A program made the translations under genes and the position numbers. A stretch of 64,000 bases of DNA from a bacterium. Its GTDB lineage: Bacteria; Bdellovibrionota; UBA2428. This document shows positions 36,288 through 44,453 of the stretch, piece after piece (position 1 is the first letter of the stretch; every line of letters starts with the position of its first letter). The DNA lies in assembly GCA_009991595.1 (NCBI GenBank), contig JAACVK010000022.1, positions 14,965 through 78,964 of the forward strand. The letters run 5' to 3'. The notes beneath the pieces were generated by a model. The model was not told the DNA's origin. It saw only the letters and a list, made by a program, of their open reading frames with translations, and did no database searches.

Positions 36288-36737
36288 TTAGGAATCCTTT
36301 ACATTTTCAAATCGATGTTTAAAGGCCGCATCTTCTCTCAAAGCCTGCTTTCTTTCAATTGCATCTCTCACCCAATCTATATCTCCTTTTTTCCACTCGT
36401 AGATAAGACCGACCAAAAGAACAAACAAAAAGCCAAAGGCCAATAAAAATATTGGCAATGCTCCACCGTTAATTGCAGCTTCTCTAAAAAGCCTCATTAT
36501 CGGAAAAAGCAATGCAACTTCAACATCAAAAACGAGAAAGACAATCGCAACCAAGTAAAAGCGATTGTTGAACATTACAAACGCTGAGCCAACAGGGTCT
36601 TCTCCACATTCATAGGTGGCTAGCTTTCCCGAATAGGGATAACTAGGCCTTAGAAATTTTGATACAAACAAAATTCCCACAGGCAAAACTGCAGCTAAAA
36701 CAATAAAAGATAAGGCGTTTGCAAACTCTTGGAGCAT
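36288..36737 (-). CDS. nuoA: NADH-quinone oxidoreductase subunit A (arm 1)
   Basis: TYECGEDP, FLVFDVEV; ATG 36737 preferred over the upstream TTG. Confidence 0.94.
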   Translation of the reverse strand: MLQEFANALSFIVLAAVLPVGILFVSKFLRPSYPYSGKLATYECGEDPVGSAFVMFNNRFYLVAIVFLVFDVEVALLFPIMRLFREAAINGGALPIFLLAFGFLFVLLVGLIYEWKKGDIDWVRDAIERKQALREDAAFKHRFENVKDS

Positions 36738-36785
36738 GTTATCGACTATTTTTATCACAGACTGATAAGGTGACAACCAACTGAC

Positions 36786-37802
36786 ATGAAAGAAATAATT
36801 GGAATCATTGGTGCAGGAGCTTTTGGGTCAGCCCTAGGGCACGCTTTTGCTGCGGCGGGTCGCAATGTTTGTTTTTGGGCTCGCTCAAATGAGCTTGTCG
36901 CTGAGATCAATAATCACAGTAGAAACACCCAATATATGGGAGAGGCCCGCTTCAAAGGCACTCCCCCAGAAGCAACTATCAATCTTGAAGAACTAGTGCG
37001 CAAATCGAGCACCCTTGTCTACTGCTGCCCAAGCTCTTGTCTGAATGAAATACTCGACCAACTTAAGCTTCTACCGGACTTTGCCAACAAGGATTTTGTA
37101 AATACAGCTAAGGGATTGGACTTAAAGCACCTTTGCCTATTTGATCAGCGCGTCAAAACAAGGCTTGGAACACACTTTTGGAAGCATCATTTTTCCATGC
37201 TATCCGGGCCAGGATTTGCCAAAGAAATCATCGCAGGTCACCCCACATGCCTAACCCTTGCGGCAAAAAAAAGAAGCACTATAAAGAGGCTCCAAGAAGT
37301 ACTTGGAACCCGCTTTTTTAGAGTTTACGGAACAACGGATTTAACAGGTGTTCAGCTCGGCGGAGCAGCAAAAAATGTCGTTGCAATAGCCGCCGGAATT
37401 GTTGAAGGACTCGGCTTGGGAATGAACACCAAGGCTGCCATCATCAATCTAGGGCTTGGAGAAATGACGCGGCTCGGGGGAAAACTTGGAGCCAAGGCCC
37501 TTACTTTTCGAGGTTTCTCTGGAATGGGCGACCTCGTTTTGACCTGCACCGGTCCACAATCCAGAAACCGCCTGTTTGGATACCACCTAGGCCAAGGCCT
37601 TTCGCCGCAAAAAGCAATTGAAGCAATTGCCTCAACTATTGAAGGAATTCCGACGGCCAAAGCGATCCATGAACTTGCTCTCTCTAAAAAAATTGATCTT
37701 CCCATTTGCGCTGAGGTTTTTAAAATTGTTCACCAAGGAAAAGATCTAGCAACTGGAATTGACGAACTTCTTTCAAGACCACAATTAGATGAGTGGCGGT
37801 AA
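36786..37802 (+). CDS. gpsA: NAD(P)H-dependent glycerol-3-phosphate dehydrogenase
   Basis: GAGAFG, AKG, SGPGFA, KNVVAIAAG, GMGDLVLTC...SRN. Confidence 0.96.
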   Translation: MKEIIGIIGAGAFGSALGHAFAAAGRNVCFWARSNELVAEINNHSRNTQYMGEARFKGTPPEATINLEELVRKSSTLVYCCPSSCLNEILDQLKLLPDFANKDFVNTAKGLDLKHLCLFDQRVKTRLGTHFWKHHFSMLSGPGFAKEIIAGHPTCLTLAAKKRSTIKRLQEVLGTRFFRVYGTTDLTGVQLGGAAKNVVAIAAGIVEGLGLGMNTKAAIINLGLGEMTRLGGKLGAKALTFRGFSGMGDLVLTCTGPQSRNRLFGYHLGQGLSPQKAIEAIASTIEGIPTAKAIHELALSKKIDLPICAEVFKIVHQGKDLATGIDELLSRPQLDEWR

Positions 37803-37810
37803 GCTAAACC

Positions 37811-40800
37811 TTGAAAGCGTTAAAAGGCCTTATAAATACCTCTGCCACTAGCTGGAGATTGTTTGAAAACTTCAGTCCAGGCATCAACCTCGTAGTCGTT
37901 CCCAATCTTTCTTGGGCTTATGACATTCAAGATAATTTAAACTCCTTTGCCGTTGAGCTTCCGTGCTTCGTTTTTCCTGAAATGGAAACCGATTTATTAA
38001 GAAATAGAGGAGTAAGTGAAAGGCGTCGGATTGAACGCATCAGCTTTTTTTCTGGCATCAAACTTAAAACCCCAGGGGTCTATATTCTTTGTGCTGAGGC
38101 TCTTTGTCAAAAAACTCCCAGTCTTCCATTTTGGGATAAGTGTTCTCATTTTTTAAAAATAAACGACACGTTAAGCTGCACTGATCTTGCCGCAAAACTT
38201 CTTAACCTTGGATATGAGAACACCGAGCTTGTTGAGAAGCCCTTTCAATATGCAATGCGGGGCTCAATAATCGACGTTTTCACGCCATTAAACGAAAGAC
38301 CTATGCGAATAGAGCTTTTTGGTGATGAAGTTGAATCCATACATAGTTTCTTCCCAGATTCGCAACGTCGAGACTCTGTAGCTGAAAGCCTTTTCATCCC
38401 ACCCGCAAGAGAATTCATTTTTCCTGTAGACGACGCCAAACGAACATTAGTTAAAAGCCAAATCAGAGGAATCGTTGACGAAGAGGCATGGGAAAGGTCG
38501 AGTAGAAATGAACTGCTAGAAAGAATTGAGCTTCGATCTTTTTTCCCATCTATTGACTACTGGTCGTCTATTATATCTAAAGAGTTTTTTAACGAGGACC
38601 CCTGGGAAATTATTTTCGCTCAAGCTAACTCCATACACCTCTGCGAGCCCCCTCAATCCTTCGTGGCCACTCAAAAGGCAAAAAACCTACAAACAAGAGA
38701 CTTTGAGACAGCTTACATTGAAGGAGAATGGATACCACCCAAGGCTTTCTTCTTTTTAGAAGATGAGTCTCTAAATATTCTAGAAGAATCTAAAGACCTA
38801 CTAACGTTCACTTACGAAAAGCATCTTGACGGAGGGCTTGGTCAAATCTCCACAATGGATTCGCTGATTTCGAAACTAGCCAACTCTCGATCTGACTCAA
38901 ATGAAAACCCACTAAAAAACGTAGCAGAAATACTTAAGGCCGAGAGCAATGGTAGGTTTTTTATATTTCTCTCTACCTCTTCTGATTACGAGAGACTCAA
39001 GTTTTTACTTGGGCATTACGGCCTTGAACTAAATCTTTTCTCATCCCTTAAAGAAGCTATAAGCTCTGAAAAGCGATTCTCTTGCTTACTTGGAACTATG
39101 GCCGCCCCATTTCGCGATGAATCTACTTCTTTTAACTTTCTAAATGACGAGCAAATACTTGGAACCAAAAAGAAGCACTTAGCCTCGAGACAAATTAGCT
39201 CAGCAAAAAGAATTAGCGAGATAAACACAAACACGTCTTTCCTCGGACTTAAGGCAGGCTCGCATGTCGTTCACAAAGACCACGGGATTGCAAAATATCT
39301 TGGTCTAAAGACAATGAGCCTCAATGGTGTGGTTTCAGAATTTATCGAGCTGGAATACTCGGACGGAAAAGTTTTTCTGCCCGTCATAAGACTCTCTCTT
39401 ATTCAAAAATACGCAGGCGGTGAGAAGGTAAATCTAGACCGTCTCAGTACGAGAAGCTGGGAACAGAAAAAGAAGAAAGCCAAGAAGGAACTTCGCTCGA
39501 TTGCGGGAGAGCTACTCGACCTTTATGCAAAGAGAAAATTAGCAAAAGCTCCTATAATAGACGCCGACAAACAGAAAATAGAAACCTTTGCAGCAAGCTT
39601 TCCCTTCACAGAGACTCAAGATCAACTTCAAGCCATTGAAGAATCCATTAAAGATCTTAAGGGACCCTCCCCAATGGATAGACTTATCTGTGGGGATGTT
39701 GGATATGGTAAAACTGAAGTTGCAATAAGAGCTACCTTTTCAGCAATCAGCGCAGGTTTTCAAGCCTGTGTTCTCGTACCCACAACCCTTCTTGCAGCAC
39801 AACATTACAAGAGCTTTGCCGACAGGTTGGGTTCCTTTGGTTTTAAAGTGGCTCTTCTCTCTCGATTTACAAGCAAAGAGGATTCTAAAAAAGCCCGAGA
39901 AGGTCTCGAAAATGGTTCTTTGAATGTAATTATCGGAACTCATAGAGTGCTCTCTAGCGACATCAAATTTAAAAGGCTCGGTTTACTAGTCGTCGATGAA
40001 GAGCAACGCTTTGGCGTTACCCACAAAGAAAAAGTTAAACGTCTAAAAGCCAATGTTCACGTGCTTACAATGACGGCAACTCCAATCCCTCGAACAATGA
40101 ACATGGCTATGTCGGGAATTCGAGACATGTCTATAATTGCAACGCCACCTCAAAGCAGACTTAGTGTGCGCACCCACGTTGCGCGTAAAAAGAAAGCCCT
40201 TATCGTAGATGCCGTTACGCGAGAAATTAGCCGCGATGGGCAAGTTTTCTTTGTCCATAATCGCGTTAAAGACATTGAAAAAGTCTACAATGAGCTTAAG
40301 GAATTGTTTCCGAAGTACACAATTACTTATGTGCACGGGCAAATGAACGAGAAACAATTAGAAGAAAGAATGTTAGCCTTCTACGAAGGAAAAACACAAA
40401 TTCTCATCACCACATCAATCATTGAATCGGGTTTAGATGTTCCCAATGCAAACACCTTGATTATAGATAGAGCCGACATGTTCGGCTTAGCACAGCTTTA
40501 TCAAATGAGAGGGCGCGTGGGTCGTTCAGACAAAAGAGCTTTTGCATATTTACTCATTCCTGAACAAGCGCGCATCACAAGAGATGCAGAAGAGCGACTT
40601 TCTGTTCTAGAGTCTTATCAAGAACTAGGCTCAGGTTTTCATATCGCCTCTCACGACCTTGACCTTCGAGGCTCGGGTGACCTACTCGGCAGAAGCCAAA
40701 GTGGACAAATGTCAGCTCTAGGTTTTGAAACCTTTAATGAAATCCTTCAAGAATGCGTTTCTGAAGTAAAGGGTGAACACCTTGACGAAAGCATTGACCC

Positions 40801-41245
40801 CGAAATCAACATCCCCATCGATATGACTATTCCAGAGGATTACATACACGAGGTGAATTTAAGACTCTTGTTTTATAGACGGCTTTCATCCGTGAGAAGT
40901 GAGTCCGAAGTTCACGAGATAGAACAAGAGATTGAAGACCGGTTTGGCTCTGCGCCCGAAAGCGTGAAGAACTTATTGATTGCAATGGAGCTCAAATGTG
41001 TTTTGAGACGTCTTATGGTAAGAACACTCAGCAGTGGTAAGTCGGGGCTTTTACTCAGCTTCGACTCAAGCACTCCTGTAAAACCAATTAAATTGGTAGA
41101 GCAGATAAGAAAATTTCCAAAGCACTTTCACCTTTACCCAGATGGAAGGCTTGCGCTTTTAAATGTTGGAGCAGTGAGCGAGCCTAAAAAACTACTGCGC
41201 GGCGTTGAAGCTGCCCTCTCTCAAATTGAAAGCTGGTGTGAATAA
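37811..41245 (+). CDS. mfd: Transcription-repair coupling factor
   Basis: RGSIIDVF, VVHKDHGI (RID), GDVGYGKTE, DEEQRFG, TATPIPRT, QMRGRVGR, TRG motif DLDLRGSG. Confidence 0.97.
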   Translation: MKALKGLINTSATSWRLFENFSPGINLVVVPNLSWAYDIQDNLNSFAVELPCFVFPEMETDLLRNRGVSERRRIERISFFSGIKLKTPGVYILCAEALCQKTPSLPFWDKCSHFLKINDTLSCTDLAAKLLNLGYENTELVEKPFQYAMRGSIIDVFTPLNERPMRIELFGDEVESIHSFFPDSQRRDSVAESLFIPPAREFIFPVDDAKRTLVKSQIRGIVDEEAWERSSRNELLERIELRSFFPSIDYWSSIISKEFFNEDPWEIIFAQANSIHLCEPPQSFVATQKAKNLQTRDFETAYIEGEWIPPKAFFFLEDESLNILEESKDLLTFTYEKHLDGGLGQISTMDSLISKLANSRSDSNENPLKNVAEILKAESNGRFFIFLSTSSDYERLKFLLGHYGLELNLFSSLKEAISSEKRFSCLLGTMAAPFRDESTSFNFLNDEQILGTKKKHLASRQISSAKRISEINTNTSFLGLKAGSHVVHKDHGIAKYLGLKTMSLNGVVSEFIELEYSDGKVFLPVIRLSLIQKYAGGEKVNLDRLSTRSWEQKKKKAKKELRSIAGELLDLYAKRKLAKAPIIDADKQKIETFAASFPFTETQDQLQAIEESIKDLKGPSPMDRLICGDVGYGKTEVAIRATFSAISAGFQACVLVPTTLLAAQHYKSFADRLGSFGFKVALLSRFTSKEDSKKAREGLENGSLNVIIGTHRVLSSDIKFKRLGLLVVDEEQRFGVTHKEKVKRLKANVHVLTMTATPIPRTMNMAMSGIRDMSIIATPPQSRLSVRTHVARKKKALIVDAVTREISRDGQVFFVHNRVKDIEKVYNELKELFPKYTITYVHGQMNEKQLEERMLAFYEGKTQILITTSIIESGLDVPNANTLIIDRADMFGLAQLYQMRGRVGRSDKRAFAYLLIPEQARITRDAEERLSVLESYQELGSGFHIASHDLDLRGSGDLLGRSQSGQMSALGFETFNEILQECVSEVKGEHLDESIDPEINIPIDMTIPEDYIHEVNLRLLFYRRLSSVRSESEVHEIEQEIEDRFGSAPESVKNLLIAMELKCVLRRLMVRTLSSGKSGLLLSFDSSTPVKPIKLVEQIRKFPKHFHLYPDGRLALLNVGAVSEPKKLLRGVEAALSQIESWCE

Positions 41246-41286
41246 ATATGTCGTTTAGAATGGAAAGACCTGCTTAAGGAGGCCTC

Positions 41287-42120
41287 ATGTTTAAAGTACG
41301 AAATCATTTTTTAATATTAACCGGAGCTTTGTGTAGTTTTTTAGCTCAAGCGCAAAAAAACAGTGATGTTTTGGCTCGTATTGGCAACAGAACCTTAACA
41401 GTAGGTGAGTTCAAGAATCGCTATGAACAGAATTCAAACTTAAGCCCCGGCGAGAAACCCTCTAAAGAAGAAGTATTAAACAACATTGTCTATTTTGAAC
41501 TAGCTACGCAAGAAGCTCGCAAAATGCGACTCGACCAAGATCCTGGTGTGAAAGATCAAATCGACATTTTGCTCTATCAGGAACTCGTTCGCCGAAAAGT
41601 TCAGCCAGAAATTGATAAACTAAGAGTTTCTGAATCAGAGGTTCTTTCCTTTTACAAAGAAAGCCCTCTTGTTAGAACCAAGCACATCGTGCTCTTGACA
41701 CGCCCAGACATGACCGAAAAAAGCCGCGCTGAGTTAAAAAAGACGGCCGAAGGACTTATGAAGCGAGCAAAAGAGAATCCTTCTAAATTCAGCGAATTAG
41801 CAAAAGAATACTCCGAAGGCCCTAGCGCTAAAACTGGTGGGGATGTTGATTGGGGCGCTCGCCATAAGCTGCTTGAAGAGTTCTATGAGGCAGCCCTAGC
41901 CCTTAAAAAGCCAGGTGAGATCTCTGATGTTGTCGAAACTCCCTACGGCTACCACATCATTCAGCTTCAAGGCATTCGAGAATATAAAGACATCGACAAA
42001 GTCTACAAAAACTTTGTGGTGCGATCGATCAAAGAAAAGCGGGGTAAATCCATTTACGATGCTTATTTTGAAGGCCTAAAGAACGCCAGCACCGTCAAGA
42101 TTAACGAAAGCCTGCTTTAG
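41287..42120 (+). CDS. Periplasmic parvulin (PpiC-type) peptidyl-prolyl isomerase
   Basis: Signal peptide, HIVL, FSELAKEYSE, GGDV, ETPYGYHII; SD AAGGAGG. Confidence 0.9.
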   Translation: MFKVRNHFLILTGALCSFLAQAQKNSDVLARIGNRTLTVGEFKNRYEQNSNLSPGEKPSKEEVLNNIVYFELATQEARKMRLDQDPGVKDQIDILLYQELVRRKVQPEIDKLRVSESEVLSFYKESPLVRTKHIVLLTRPDMTEKSRAELKKTAEGLMKRAKENPSKFSELAKEYSEGPSAKTGGDVDWGARHKLLEEFYEAALALKKPGEISDVVETPYGYHIIQLQGIREYKDIDKVYKNFVVRSIKEKRGKSIYDAYFEGLKNASTVKINESLL

Positions 42121-42159
42121 GACTACAAGAGCGGGCTCAAATGGGCTATTTTCCTAAAG

Positions 42160-43062
42160 ATGTCCGCTAAAAAGCTTATTTTTGCCCCACTATTCTTGTT
42201 CTTTTCATTCGGCCTTAGTGCCAAGACGCTAGATCGGATCGTTGCTATTGTAGGCAACTCTCCCGTTCTTTTGTCTGAAGCCCAAGACCTTGAAAATCTT
42301 TTTAAGAAAAACCCGAACATCGCTAATTTTTATGGTGTTGGTGGAAAAAAAATCACCCAAGACTTAATCGTCGAAATGCTTATCACCGAAGCAGTTGTTC
42401 GACATAGTTTAGAAGAGCTCAATGCCAGCATTCGAGAATCAGATATACAAAAACAAATTCAATCCATTGCGACTCAAAACAAACTCAGCGTGGATCAACT
42501 AAGGTCCAGCCTGAAGCGCGAAGGGATTGCCTTTGACTCCTACAGAAAAAATATTCGACTCCAACTTGAGAAAAAAGCTATTTTTGAAAGAGAGATTAGA
42601 AGCTCCACAACAAATGTGTCTGACGCCGAACTTCGCGCTGACTTTAATCGTCTGGCAAAAGCAGAGTGGAAATTACAGCTTTGGGCGCTCAAGAACTCCC
42701 CCAAAGTATCAAAAATAATGCAAGAAGAAGCTAACAACTTTTCTGGGAGAAAAAAGACCCTCGCTCAGCTTTCAAATGACTATGGCATTCAAGAACTCGG
42801 GTGGGTTAATGCGGACTCCTTAAACCCTAGCTTTCAAAAAGCTCTCAAAAACTCAAAGACAGGTGATGCCGTCGGCCCCATAGTCTTAAAGGATACTGCC
42901 CATGTTCTTTTTGTTGAAGGAATGCGGAAAGGAAACGAAGAACAATTCCAAGCTATGAAAGAAGAGCTTATTCGACGTAAGCAAGGTGCAGATTTAGACG
43001 ATCTTTTTGGGTCTTGGCTTGAAAGAAGAAAAAAAGAAATCAGAGTGGTGGTGAATAAATGA
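42160..43062 (+). CDS. SurA-like periplasmic chaperone (degenerate PPIase domain)
   Basis: Signal peptide, LDRIVAIVG SurA N-terminus, ELGW...GPI..AHVL; mfd-PPIase-surA synteny. Confidence 0.75.
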   Translation: MSAKKLIFAPLFLFFSFGLSAKTLDRIVAIVGNSPVLLSEAQDLENLFKKNPNIANFYGVGGKKITQDLIVEMLITEAVVRHSLEELNASIRESDIQKQIQSIATQNKLSVDQLRSSLKREGIAFDSYRKNIRLQLEKKAIFEREIRSSTTNVSDAELRADFNRLAKAEWKLQLWALKNSPKVSKIMQEEANNFSGRKKTLAQLSNDYGIQELGWVNADSLNPSFQKALKNSKTGDAVGPIVLKDTAHVLFVEGMRKGNEEQFQAMKEELIRRKQGADLDDLFGSWLERRKKEIRVVVNK

Positions 43063-44453
43063 GCATTTTTCGACAATACGACATTCGCGGCGTTGCTGAC
43101 ATTGACCTTAAAAGCGAAATCATTTGGTCTTTAGGGCGTGCTCTAGCCGAAAAGCTCACCGAATTAGGTGAAAAAGGTGTGTTTATCGGACAAGATGTTC
43201 GCGAGTCATCTCCTCGCCTAAGCCAAGCATTAATACTGGGACTCGAAGCTGGTGGAATCAAGACCCGAGCACTTACCCCTGGCCCAACCCCTATGCTTTA
43301 TTTTCTTTGTCACAAAAACCCAAGTGATTTTGAAAGCTCTTCGGGGATAATGATCACCGGTAGCCACAACCCCGCCGAGTACAATGGCTTTAAAATGGTT
43401 TTAGCGGGAAAGACAATCTACGGCGATGAGATAACAGCCCTTGAAGCGCTCACTAAAAAATATCTTAGCTCTGCGCCAACTTCTTTTGATAAAAAATTAG
43501 AGCTTAGAGATCACGAAGATTTATACGTGAACTACCTGAAAGAAAACATTCGAAACCTCGAAGGCAGACTTCACGTAGTTGTTGATGCAGGAAATGGCGC
43601 CGCCGGACCTCTTGCCATCAAGTCTTACGAAGCCATCGGAGCTAAGGTTACTCCGCTCTTTTGCGATTTTGACTCCACTTTCCCAAACCACCATCCAGAC
43701 CCCACCGTTGCCGAAAACTTAGCTCATTTGATATCAAAAGTTAAAGAGGTTGGAGCCGATCTTGGAATAGCTTACGACGGAGATGGCGATCGTATTGGAG
43801 CAGTGACTGCAACCGGCCAGGTTCTATACGGAGATCACCTTGTTCTGTATTTTGCTCGTGAAATTATTAAAGATTGTCCCCATCCAACAATCATTTCGGA
43901 GGTTAAAAGTAGCCAAGTTTTATTCAACGAGCTTCAGAGAATGGGTGCCAAACCTATTATTTGGAAAACCGGGCACAGTCTCATCAAAGCTAAACTCAAA
44001 GAGACTAAGGCAGAACTAGCTGGCGAAATGTCGGGACACATCTTTTTCTCACATAGATATTTTGGTTTCGATGACGCCATTTACTCAGGGGCTAGACTGC
44101 TTGAAGGAATTTTAAACAACACTCCAGAAACTCTCGACCAATTCCTTTCCACCCTCCCCGAGGTGATAAACACTCCTGAACTTCGAGTCGACTGTCCCGA
44201 CGATAAAAAGTTTGGTGTAGTAGATGCCTTTATTAAGATTGCAAAAGAAAGGTATCCAAAAGATGTTTTAGACATCGACGGTGCTCGAATTAAGCTTTTC
44301 AACGGGTGGGGTCTCATGAGAGCCTCCAACACTCAGCCGGTGGTCGTAATGCGATTTGAAGCTGACTCAAAAGAAAACTTAAAGAAGGTCCGAGATACTT
44401 TTGCAGAAATCATTCATTCCATTGATGCGACGTTAGTGGTGCCAACGCTTTGA
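43059..44453 (+). CDS. Phosphomannomutase/phosphoglucomutase (AlgC-like)
   Basis: IFRQYDIRG, TGSHNP, DGDGDR, GEMSGH, RASNTQP. Confidence 0.95.
   Translation: MSIFRQYDIRGVADIDLKSEIIWSLGRALAEKLTELGEKGVFIGQDVRESSPRLSQALILGLEAGGIKTRALTPGPTPMLYFLCHKNPSDFESSSGIMITGSHNPAEYNGFKMVLAGKTIYGDEITALEALTKKYLSSAPTSFDKKLELRDHEDLYVNYLKENIRNLEGRLHVVVDAGNGAAGPLAIKSYEAIGAKVTPLFCDFDSTFPNHHPDPTVAENLAHLISKVKEVGADLGIAYDGDGDRIGAVTATGQVLYGDHLVLYFAREIIKDCPHPTIISEVKSSQVLFNELQRMGAKPIIWKTGHSLIKAKLKETKAELAGEMSGHIFFSHRYFGFDDAIYSGARLLEGILNNTPETLDQFLSTLPEVINTPELRVDCPDDKKFGVVDAFIKIAKERYPKDVLDIDGARIKLFNGWGLMRASNTQPVVVMRFEADSKENLKKVRDTFAEIIHSIDATLVVPTL

Noticed and set aside
36739-36746. GTCGATAA before nuoA1 (and GTCGAAAT at 7650-7657) as sigma28 -10 elements
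   Set aside because: They abut the ATG, so a transcription start would fall inside the coding sequence.
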